Shown one piece after another: positions 56,687-64,000 of a stretch of DNA of 64,000 nt; the first letter of the stretch is position 1; each line of letters starts with the position of its first letter. A program made the translations under genes and the position numbers. A model generated the notes under the pieces. It had not been told where the DNA came from. It worked only from the letters and a program-made list of their open reading frames with translations, and made no database searches. Origin of the DNA: a virus; IMG/VR virus record IMGVR_UViG_3300018080_000131, positions 1-64,000 of that record; one strand, written 5' to 3'.

Positions 56687-57172
56687 ATGACAATTAAGTT
56701 TCATAGGCACTCAGGTTTTTATGGTGATGGCAATTCCAGGTATTTCTGGGAAGACAGAGAGTTGGATTTGTCAAAAGGTGTCATGAAGATTCATACTGTG
56801 GTTTCCAAGTATGGTCAGTTGGCTAGTAATGGTAACTTTCAGGAAGATACTGAGGATGAGGAAATTCAGGCTATTCCTTTTAATAAGGAAACAGAAGAGC
56901 AGATTTATGAGATTCTTCTTCCTCTTATTGAAACAAAAGAGAAGTATCCTCATCTTGTTAACTTCAGATTCTTTTCCTACAAACACAAATTGTTTGTTAC
57001 TGGTAGGATGAATAAAGCTGTTAAGATTGCTGTTAAGAGTGGTAGTCATTATTATGGTACAGATTGCAGTAAAAACATCTTTGTGCTTCAGAGAAAAGGG
57101 TTGGTTGTTACTACTTATTATGAAGATACCTTCAAACATTCCTTCTGGAAAATCAAAGTGGAGAAAATATAA
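56687..57172 (+). CDS. hypothetical early protein
   Basis: SD GGAG. Confidence 0.65.
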   Translation: MTIKFHRHSGFYGDGNSRYFWEDRELDLSKGVMKIHTVVSKYGQLASNGNFQEDTEDEEIQAIPFNKETEEQIYEILLPLIETKEKYPHLVNFRFFSYKHKLFVTGRMNKAVKIAVKSGSHYYGTDCSKNIFVLQRKGLVVTTYYEDTFKHSFWKIKVEKI

Positions 57173-57174
57173 GT

Positions 57175-57245
57175 TGAAAAAAACTTTAAAAAAAATGAAA
57201 AAAAGACTTGACAAATGACTAAAAAAGTGTTATATTATAAGTAGA
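57175..57245 (+). promoter_or_regulatory. early promoter
   Basis: A-tracts; TTGACA 57208; TATATT 57231. Confidence 0.88.
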
Positions 57246-58085
57246 ATGAGAAACAAAAAAGGAGAAACAAGGATGAAACAAACAATTTATTACTTTGGTG
57301 AGAAACTTAGCTTCATGATTGAGACAGATTCTTCAGATGAGGCTCAGGCTCTTTTAGACTCTGAAAGAGCTAAAGGAAGAGCTTGTTGCTGTCTTCATGA
57401 AAATGGGAAACATCAGATTTATTCCCAGATTCCAGAAGAAGCAGTTAGGTTTCAGGTAGCCAACATTGACACTGAGGAAATTTATTTTGTCAGTGGTTGG
57501 GAAGAAGGTAGAGATAGTACTGACAAGTCAGCAATTCAGGAAGCAATCAAACTCAATGATACAATCACAATGGGTAAGGTGATTGTAACTCCAATTAGGT
57601 TTACTGATATTCTTGATGAACTGAATAAAGAGGCTCAGAAGGATGATTTACCTCTTGATGCTTCTAGGGAAGGCTCAGTGATGCATGGTATCCTAAAAGA
57701 CTCTCAGAAGGCTTCTAATGAGCTTAAAGAGGTATTTGGTGATGTTATTAGTAAGTATACTGATGATGAGGCTGTAGATGATGGGCTTTTAGTTCCAGTT
57801 GAAGACCTTTTGCCAATTACTTATATGACAGCAGGTGTTTATGCAAAGTGTATTGAACCTTTTGTTTTAAAGGATGTTATTACTGGTAGGACAATTAAGG
57901 GTACTTCTCCAAAAGCTTTGACAAAGAAGCTTATCACAAGAATCATTTCTGCTGTGAGTCTTCAGATAAGTGATGGTTCTGCTCCTTCTGATGATTGGAT
58001 GTATAAAGTTGATGCTTCAGGTTGGGAATTCTTTGTGGTTGAAAACCAGACAGGTTTTACAGTGATGTTTCCAGAGGAGTATTAA
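57246..58085 (+). CDS. hypothetical early protein (SD-led start 57273)
   Basis: C-terminal VISKYT..EAVDDGLLV...TVMFPEEY motif familiar from phage/plasmid proteins. Confidence 0.7.
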   Translation: MRNKKGETRMKQTIYYFGEKLSFMIETDSSDEAQALLDSERAKGRACCCLHENGKHQIYSQIPEEAVRFQVANIDTEEIYFVSGWEEGRDSTDKSAIQEAIKLNDTITMGKVIVTPIRFTDILDELNKEAQKDDLPLDASREGSVMHGILKDSQKASNELKEVFGDVISKYTDDEAVDDGLLVPVEDLLPITYMTAGVYAKCIEPFVLKDVITGRTIKGTSPKALTKKLITRIISAVSLQISDGSAPSDDWMYKVDASGWEFFVVENQTGFTVMFPEEY

Positions 58086-58086
58086 G

Positions 58087-58518
58087 ATGACCTATAAAAA
58101 AGCACTTGGTTTGCTTATAGGAATTGCTAAGGATAATGGTATTAAGGTTTGTTTTCATGAGAGTGAATCTGAAATAAGAGGTTATTGTATACCATCTGAG
58201 AAAAAAATAGTTCTTAATAAAAAGGCTATTTTAGACAAGCATGGAGAAAGGATGTTTTACTCAAATGTTACAGCAGTTTTGGCACATGAAATTGGTCATA
58301 TTATGCTTCAGCATATTAGGCTTTGTGTAGATAGTTTTGATGAGATTATTGAGCAGGAAAAAGAGGCTTGGATGTATGCTAGTTTTCTTTTTAGTAGATT
58401 GGGTATAAGAATAACTAAAACATTTATAAATAGTATGGAAGAAGGTATTGAGAGTTATAGAATTGCTTATATGCAGAATATGGCTAAAGCATATAATAAA
58501 TCAAAAGGAGAAAAGTGA
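58087..58518 (+). CDS. ImmA/IrrE-like metallopeptidase
   Basis: IRGYC...IVLN...VLAHEIGHIML...EKEAW.YA. Confidence 0.75.
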   Translation: MTYKKALGLLIGIAKDNGIKVCFHESESEIRGYCIPSEKKIVLNKKAILDKHGERMFYSNVTAVLAHEIGHIMLQHIRLCVDSFDEIIEQEKEAWMYASFLFSRLGIRITKTFINSMEEGIESYRIAYMQNMAKAYNKSKGEK

Positions 58519-58732
58519 AATGAAAAAAACTACAATTTCTGATTTATTTAACAAGAAGGTTGAGTATGGTGGTGAGATTAGGACTTATGGAAGTGTCAGG
58601 AAGGAGCTTGAAGAAAAGGAGTTTCCATCACAATTGATTGACTATTATATGATGGGTTTACTTACTATGATGGAGAGGAAGGATTCTTCAAAGTAAAAGT
58701 GTATAACAAAAAAATTTGAATGAGGTGTTTTT

Positions 58733-58933
58733 ATGGGTAAGAGATATGTTAAGCATATGGAATGGAAGAGTAAGAGTTGGTTGGAGAAAGAGTATATAGA
58801 GAAACAAAAGAGTGTTAGAGAAATTGCTAAGGAATGTGGGGTTGCTGTTAGGACAATTGCTTATTGGCTAGAAAAGTTTGATATAAAAACAAGAGATATT
58901 TCTAAGAGTCTAGAGGTTAAATATAGGAGATAA
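58733..58933 (+). CDS. small HTH protein
   Basis: WLEKEY...KSVREIAKECGVAVRTIAYWL..FDIKTR. Confidence 0.75.
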   Translation: MGKRYVKHMEWKSKSWLEKEYIEKQKSVREIAKECGVAVRTIAYWLEKFDIKTRDISKSLEVKYRR

Positions 58934-59133
58934 TATTGTTATTTAAAAACAAGATGAAACAAAAATTAGGTAAAGATGATTATGGATTTGTGATTAATGG
59001 AGAAACTGGAAATTTGGAAATGTCTCTTCCTAAGAAGGAAGAGTATACAATAAAAGAATTAAGCATTGTTTTAGCTGGTCTTGAAAAATTTAAAAAAGCT
59101 TTCAAGATATTAGTGGAAAATGGAGAGTAAATA

Positions 59134-59346
59134 ATGACAAAAAGAATATCAAGTAATATAACAAAATCAAGTAAAAAGAAACAGTGGACTTGTAAAAAAT
59201 GTGGTAAAAAAGGTATTGTAGGTGAGTATACACAATCCTTAATCTGTGGTGATTGTGGAAATGTGATTAGTGAATTTAAACAGGTTGAGATTATTACAGA
59301 ACCTTGGATTGGGAAACAAGAAGAGATTATGGAAAGTGATAAATAA
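59134..59346 (+). CDS. small Zn-ribbon protein
   Basis: CKKC...LICGDCGNVI. Confidence 0.55.
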   Translation: MTKRISSNITKSSKKKQWTCKKCGKKGIVGEYTQSLICGDCGNVISEFKQVEIITEPWIGKQEEIMESDK

Positions 59347-59372
59347 AATTACATTTTTTGAAGGAGATTGAA

Positions 59373-59996
59373 ATGCTAAGTAATTTTAAATTTACAGAAC
59401 CTTTGGTATTTGATAATATTTATAATATTCCTGTTATAGAGAAGCAGGAGTTTAAGTTTGATGTTAATAAGGTTATGGGTTTTAATTATTGTCTAAGTAA
59501 GAAGGAATTGATTGAGAATACAATTCATTTTTTCTTAGATGATTATCAGTTTGAGAGGGTTTGGAATAAACCTGAAAGATATTTGAAGATTCTGAAGGAG
59601 TTTAATGGTTGTTTTTCTCCAGATTTTTCAATATTTAGAGATGCTCCTTATCCAATTCAGCTATTTAATGTTTTTAGAAACAGAATAGTTGGGTTATATT
59701 GGCAAAGGAATGGTATTAATGTTATTCCTACAGTTGGTTGGGGTGATGTTGATACTTGGGATTTTTGCTTTGAAGGAGTAGAGGAAGGTTCTTGGGTTGC
59801 TATTTCAACAAGAGGAGCAATTCATAGAAATGAAGATAAAGAGTTGTTTAAAGAGGGTTATAATCAGATGTTAGAGGTTATTAAACCTGAGAAGATTATT
59901 GTCTATGGTAGGAAGTTGGAAGGTCTTGATGGAAACATTGAGTGGATTCCTTGGGACTATTATAGAACAGAAAAATTAAATAGTGAGGAGAATTAA
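59373..59996 (+). CDS. DUF4417-family protein
   Basis: IHFFLDDYQFERVWN.P...SPDFS...NVFRNR...WQRNGINVIPTVGW...F.EGY...I.P..I.VYG. Confidence 0.85.
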   Translation: MLSNFKFTEPLVFDNIYNIPVIEKQEFKFDVNKVMGFNYCLSKKELIENTIHFFLDDYQFERVWNKPERYLKILKEFNGCFSPDFSIFRDAPYPIQLFNVFRNRIVGLYWQRNGINVIPTVGWGDVDTWDFCFEGVEEGSWVAISTRGAIHRNEDKELFKEGYNQMLEVIKPEKIIVYGRKLEGLDGNIEWIPWDYYRTEKLNSEEN

Positions 59997-59997
59997 T

Positions 59998-60264
59998 ATG
60001 GGAGGAAGAGGTTCAGGTTCAGGTGGTGGAGCAGGTGGTGGTGGAGGTGGTGCATCTCCAGAAACACCAGCACAAGCTCAGGCTATGATTGATTCAATTG
60101 ATAGTAGAATGGATGGTTTGAGAACTAGGATTAGGTATCATATTGAGAGAGGTGCTACTTCTCAAGCTACTGCTTTACAGAGAAGATTAAGAAGGCTACA
60201 ACAAAGAAAAAAAGCTTTACAAGCTTTAATGAAGAGGCTTCAAAAAGCTGGTGTTCCAACATAA
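59998..60264 (+). CDS. MGGRG-initiated small protein
   Basis: SD GAGGAG; MGGRGSGSGGG N-terminus of the type often following DUF4417 genes; basic coiled coil. Confidence 0.7.
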   Translation: MGGRGSGSGGGAGGGGGGASPETPAQAQAMIDSIDSRMDGLRTRIRYHIERGATSQATALQRRLRRLQQRKKALQALMKRLQKAGVPT

Positions 60265-60279
60265 TAATTAGGAGATATA

Positions 60280-61830
60280 ATGGATTTTAAAGGATTTTTC
60301 TATAGGGTTTGGTATGATTGGTTGAATCTAAGAAAGAATGTATTCTGTCCTTTGGCAAAAAAGAATAATTGGAAATGGTTATTTAATGTTTGTGATTGTC
60401 AGAGATATGAACCTAAATATATTTGGGTATGGGTATGTTCTGATTGTGGTAAGTTGACAGAAGAAGGAAAACCAAAAGCTATTTATAAAAAATTCCTTAA
60501 AGGAACAGAACCTACAGAGAAGTGTACTTGTGCAATTATACCACCAATAGAAAAAGTAGAAAGAACCATTTGTCTTGTTAGTGGATTGCTTGCTAGAGGT
60601 TTCTGTTTACATACAGAAGTGAGAGAATACAACAAAGGAACAGAACCTACAGAGAAGTGTGATGTTCATGATTTTGTAAAATCTAAAAGAGATGAAGAAA
60701 AATGTGCAGGTATGCTAGGTTTCTTTTTAAGCTTTATTAGACAAGCTTGGAATCCTAAAGACCAGATGAAAACTGTTGAGGAACACCAAGCTGTTTTTTC
60801 TGAGTTAGCAAGAAGAGGATATAAGTATGTTGATTGGTTTATGTGGTTATGTGATAATAAATATGAACATAAATATTTAAATGATAAGACTCCTTTTTAT
60901 CAATATAAAAATGCTGTTGGGAAAAGGATGTTTGATTTAATGAAATGGGATGAAAGATTTTGGGAATTGTTTGAGATATTTATTAAACTACATAAACAGT
61001 TTAATCTTGTCCCTGTTCCTCAGATTCTTATGGCTAGATATTGTGATTATCCTTTTGAGAATAATAGAAATAAAGTTAGAGGTTTTTGGGATAAAACAGC
61101 TAGAGATGTTCAGTATGATTTGATTGATAAAACTGTTAGCATTGTTAAAGGAATTGTTGGAAAAGATTTTCTTGTGAAGTTTGTAAATGAACCTCAGCAT
61201 GGTGGAAGTGATAGTAGGTTTCATACAATTGCTGAATGGCATCATGATATGTTTTGGCATGGTCTTTGCAAACATTTTGATACTGGAGAAGAGGCTTTGA
61301 GTCATTTGGTCATTGATAATTCTGGTTCTGAAGCTGGTCAATTGTTGTTGGTTTGGCATCATGGTGGTGAAGATGGTCAAAGGTGTCCTAAATGTGGTAA
61401 GCTTTTTAAAGATATATTTGGCTACAGTACTGAAGAATGGATGGGTAGGCTTAGAATTGGAGAACAGCACACTGTTAGTATTGTGGATGATTTGGAAGCT
61501 GGTCATAATTCTTTAAGAAAGTTTTTTGGTTCTGCTAATAGAAAGGTGAGATGGCATGAAGATGGTGGTGCAAGTGATTGTTCTAAAGCTCATGGTTACC
61601 ATAATGGATATTGTTTTGCTAATGCTGAAGAGTATGGTAAAATGTGTGCTAAGGTATGGAAGATGCAAGCTGAAAGAGGAAGAGGAAAGATATGTTATAT
61701 TTGTATATTTCCTGCTGAAACATTATTTTATATTGATAAGGTTTTCCTAGAAACTTACAGAGTAGATACTATTAATTGGGACAGATTTGATGAAATGGTG
61801 AAAATGCATAAAAAATATCTTGGAGATTGA
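60280..61830 (+). CDS. protein with two GTEPTEKC Zn-binding-like repeats and a glycoside-hydrolase-like (TIM barrel) domain
   Basis: 27-nt exact repeat at 60499 and 60634; ICLVSGLLA..C...GTEPTEKCDVH; FVNEP as in clan GH-A acid/base motifs. Confidence 0.5.
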   Translation: MDFKGFFYRVWYDWLNLRKNVFCPLAKKNNWKWLFNVCDCQRYEPKYIWVWVCSDCGKLTEEGKPKAIYKKFLKGTEPTEKCTCAIIPPIEKVERTICLVSGLLARGFCLHTEVREYNKGTEPTEKCDVHDFVKSKRDEEKCAGMLGFFLSFIRQAWNPKDQMKTVEEHQAVFSELARRGYKYVDWFMWLCDNKYEHKYLNDKTPFYQYKNAVGKRMFDLMKWDERFWELFEIFIKLHKQFNLVPVPQILMARYCDYPFENNRNKVRGFWDKTARDVQYDLIDKTVSIVKGIVGKDFLVKFVNEPQHGGSDSRFHTIAEWHHDMFWHGLCKHFDTGEEALSHLVIDNSGSEAGQLLLVWHHGGEDGQRCPKCGKLFKDIFGYSTEEWMGRLRIGEQHTVSIVDDLEAGHNSLRKFFGSANRKVRWHEDGGASDCSKAHGYHNGYCFANAEEYGKMCAKVWKMQAERGRGKICYICIFPAETLFYIDKVFLETYRVDTINWDRFDEMVKMHKKYLGD

Positions 61831-61846
61831 AAAAAATTTTGATGTG

Positions 61847-61942
61847 TAAAGTATTGTATAATAATAACTTAGAAAAAAATTTAAAAAAAATGTTAAAAAA
61901 ACACTTGACAAACAAGAAAAAATGTTGTATATTATAAGTACA
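61847..61942 (+). promoter_or_regulatory. early promoter cassette
   Basis: TAA-N19-TTA 61847-61871; TTGACA 61905; TATATT 61928. Confidence 0.9.
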
Positions 61943-62272
61943 ATGAGAAACAAAGGAGAAACAAAGATGACAGAAACAAAAGAAAGACCAGAGGTTAAAG
62001 CTGGTGATTTTGTCAATCCTGATGGTTGGGGAAAGTGGAATGGTGAAATACTTCAGGAAGATGATGGTTTCAAAGATTCTTCTTTTCCTGGTTGCCAGTT
62101 CAGGCTTCCTTCTAATACCTGTCCTGATTGTAAGTTTGCTGTTAATGTCAGAATAACAGGTAAGGAAAGATGGGATAAAGGTTCTGGTTGGTTCAGGTGT
62201 GAAGTTGAGTTTGTTGGTGATGGAGAACCTTCAACATTCACCAGAGGCTGGCTTCATAAGAATGTTTGGTAA
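61943..62272 (+). CDS. hypothetical early protein (SD-led start 61967)
   Basis: Follows promoter. Confidence 0.65.
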   Translation: MRNKGETKMTETKERPEVKAGDFVNPDGWGKWNGEILQEDDGFKDSSFPGCQFRLPSNTCPDCKFAVNVRITGKERWDKGSGWFRCEVEFVGDGEPSTFTRGWLHKNVW

Positions 62273-62453
62273 AAAGGAGAGATAAAATGGCATTAGGAAG
62301 TAAGAAAAGAGATTATGTAACTTCAGCAAGATTGGTTGAAAAAAGGCTTGCTCTTCATTTTCAGTTTATGAATGAATATATTCAAAATGGAATGGAAAAA
62401 GATGAAGCAAGTAAGAAAGCTTTTAAGGATATTCAAGAAGGAAGGATAAAGTA

Positions 62454-62870
62454 ATGGTTGGTTACATTAGTTGGAAATATAATAATGCATGTTTACCAGA
62501 AGAAGGCTATATTGAAGTTGTGATTATGACAAAGAAAGAGAAGATTAGTAACTTCTATAAAATTAAAAGATTTGAAGGTGATGATTTGAGAGATGGTAAT
62601 ATTGCTGTATTCTACAATAGATTAATTACTGGTTCTTTTTGGAGAAGTGGTCAAACTATTTTTTATACTGATAATGTTCCTTGTAGAACTAATGTTGAAG
62701 AGTTAAAGAGTTATAAGGTTTGTGAGAATTGTATTCATCTTACACAAGGTTTCCACCAGATAAAGGGTAGAAAAACTTATACTTTTGAGTGTGGTAGTTT
62801 TGAAAGTAAGAAGAAAGGAAAGAAGGTTAGTTTATCAGATACCTGTGAAAAGTTTTTTTCAAAAAAATGA
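62454..62870 (+). CDS. hypothetical protein with C-terminal Cys motif
   Basis: CENCIH...C...CEKF. Confidence 0.55.
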   Translation: MVGYISWKYNNACLPEEGYIEVVIMTKKEKISNFYKIKRFEGDDLRDGNIAVFYNRLITGSFWRSGQTIFYTDNVPCRTNVEELKSYKVCENCIHLTQGFHQIKGRKTYTFECGSFESKKKGKKVSLSDTCEKFFSKK

Positions 62871-62917
62871 AAAAAAGACTTGACAAATAAAATAAAATGT
62901 GTTATATTATAAGTAGA
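62860..62917 (+). promoter_or_regulatory. early promoter
   Basis: TTGACA 62880; TATATT 62903. Confidence 0.88.
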
Positions 62918-63325
62918 ATGAGAAATAAAGGAGTAAAAAAGATGAGTAGAGAAGAAAGTAATAGGCTTGAGAGGCTTATGAGTGGTTTGGAAGAAGTTAC
63001 TGGTCATAGGGCTTCTATGAGTCAGAAGGAGCTTTGGAATCTTGCTCCTAAAGAGGCTAAAAGAACTGTTAGGAAAATGAGAAGACTTGAAAAAAAAGCT
63101 AAAAGGCTTCCTAGTAGGAGTTCTCATCCTGAGCTTCAGAGTGTTACTGTTCCTAGATTGGCTGATGGTCTTATGAGATTGGTTGGTAATACTCTTAGGG
63201 TTGGAAATAAAGTTCTTGTTGGTGGAGAACCTGCTAGACAGCTTCATAAACATGGTGCTATGATGGAAAGTGATTATCAGAATTATAAAGCTAAAGATTC
63301 TAAAAATAAATCAAGGCATTTGTAA
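62918..63325 (+). CDS. basic hypothetical early protein (SD-led start 62942)
   Basis: Follows promoter. Confidence 0.65.
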   Translation: MRNKGVKKMSREESNRLERLMSGLEEVTGHRASMSQKELWNLAPKEAKRTVRKMRRLEKKAKRLPSRSSHPELQSVTVPRLADGLMRLVGNTLRVGNKVLVGGEPARQLHKHGAMMESDYQNYKAKDSKNKSRHL

Positions 63326-63343
63326 AAATGTGAGGTGATATGA

Positions 63344-63562
63344 ATGAGTAAATATAATGTTAGGGTTTTAAGTTTTCTATATGATATTAATAAGCTTGAT
63401 TCAGATATTGCTGGGTATCCTCATTATTTTACTGTAGAAGCAAAATCCAAAAAAGAAGCAGAAGAGAAAATGAGAAAGAAAATGGTTAAAAGATATGGAG
63501 AAAACTATTTTAAAATAACTGATGTTGAATTATATGATAAAGATTTTGCTTCTTATGATTAA
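63344..63562 (+). CDS. hypothetical phage protein
   Basis: SD GAGGTG; VEAKSKKEAEEK motif. Confidence 0.6.
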   Translation: MSKYNVRVLSFLYDINKLDSDIAGYPHYFTVEAKSKKEAEEKMRKKMVKRYGENYFKITDVELYDKDFASYD

Positions 63563-63573
63563 AGGAGAATAAA

Positions 63574-64000
63574 ATGAGTGAGCTTCTAGAAAAATTCAAG
63601 AGTCTTTTAAAGAAAAGAGAAGGAATTGTACATGAAAGAAGCAAGCTTTATAAGTTGAAGTTTGATATGAGAGATGCAGATTATCAAGAGAGATATGATA
63701 AAACTAAGTTCCAGCTAAGAAAGTTTGATGATAGAGAGAGAAAGATTAACAAGCTTCTTGATGGTCTTGCTAAAGAGCTTCCTGTTCAGGTTAGTAAGAA
63801 TTGGAAGAAGTATGATTCAGTTTGGGAGTCAACATATTCTTCTCAAGGGTTTGGTTCTTATAAGTATGCTAAGGAAAGAGCAGAAAAAATAGCTGATGAT
63901 ATTAAAGTGAATGGTGTTCCAGTGAAGATAGAGATTGAAACAAAGAAGTTTGAAGGTTCTGGTTCTATATTTAGTAGTAGAAATTCTCATTCAACATTTA
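63574..64000 (+). CDS. hypothetical protein, runs off the window
   Basis: SD GGAG, ATG 63574, frame open to the window end. Confidence 0.6.
   Translation, partial: MSELLEKFKSLLKKREGIVHERSKLYKLKFDMRDADYQERYDKTKFQLRKFDDRERKINKLLDGLAKELPVQVSKNWKKYDSVWESTYSSQGFGSYKYAKERAEKIADDIKVNGVPVKIEIETKKFEGSGSIFSSRNSHSTF

Noticed and set aside
60988-63253. Longer minus-strand ORFs (60988-61506, 62777-63253; likewise 18006-18467 and 56771-57214)
   Set aside because: They lie antisense to well-supported plus-strand genes and have the F/S/L/I-rich composition expected of shadows.

Overview
A 64 kb segment of an AT-rich tailed dsDNA bacteriophage genome with essentially all real genes on the + strand. Layout: end of the tail module (1-9.6 kb); early/accessory genes behind repeated sigma70-type promoters (9.7-14 kb, 39-40 kb, 56-64 kb); a replication/recombination block (UvsW-like helicase, DnaB-like helicase, UDG-PolA fusion, UvsY, gp32-like SSB, RecA, 5'-3' exonuclease, Mre11/Rad50, resolvase, class II RNR, primase); and a terminase large subunit broken by one in-frame TAA. 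The strongest candidate for an undescribed system is in the tail operon. A large tail protein ends in about 250 aa of Cys-every-third repeats, followed by a 276-aa protein made only of those repeats and a radical SAM/SPASM enzyme carrying the same repeats at its N-terminus. Nearly every Cys has D/E/N/Q at i+4, the register used by ranthipeptide thioether maturases, which suggests RiPP-like cross-linking of virion proteins. The second candidate is a promoter-boxB-boxA-led non-coding operon (55.6-56.4 kb) of three tandem structured RNAs, each closed by a 19-20 bp helix, two of them tRNA-shaped with large insertions. Also seen: near-total CpG absence and apparent GATC avoidance, a dif-like XerCD site, a shrunken tRNA-Tyr-like element, conserved in-frame double start codons and several dispersed repeat families. 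All assignments come from reading motifs by eye; no searches or folding programs were run.
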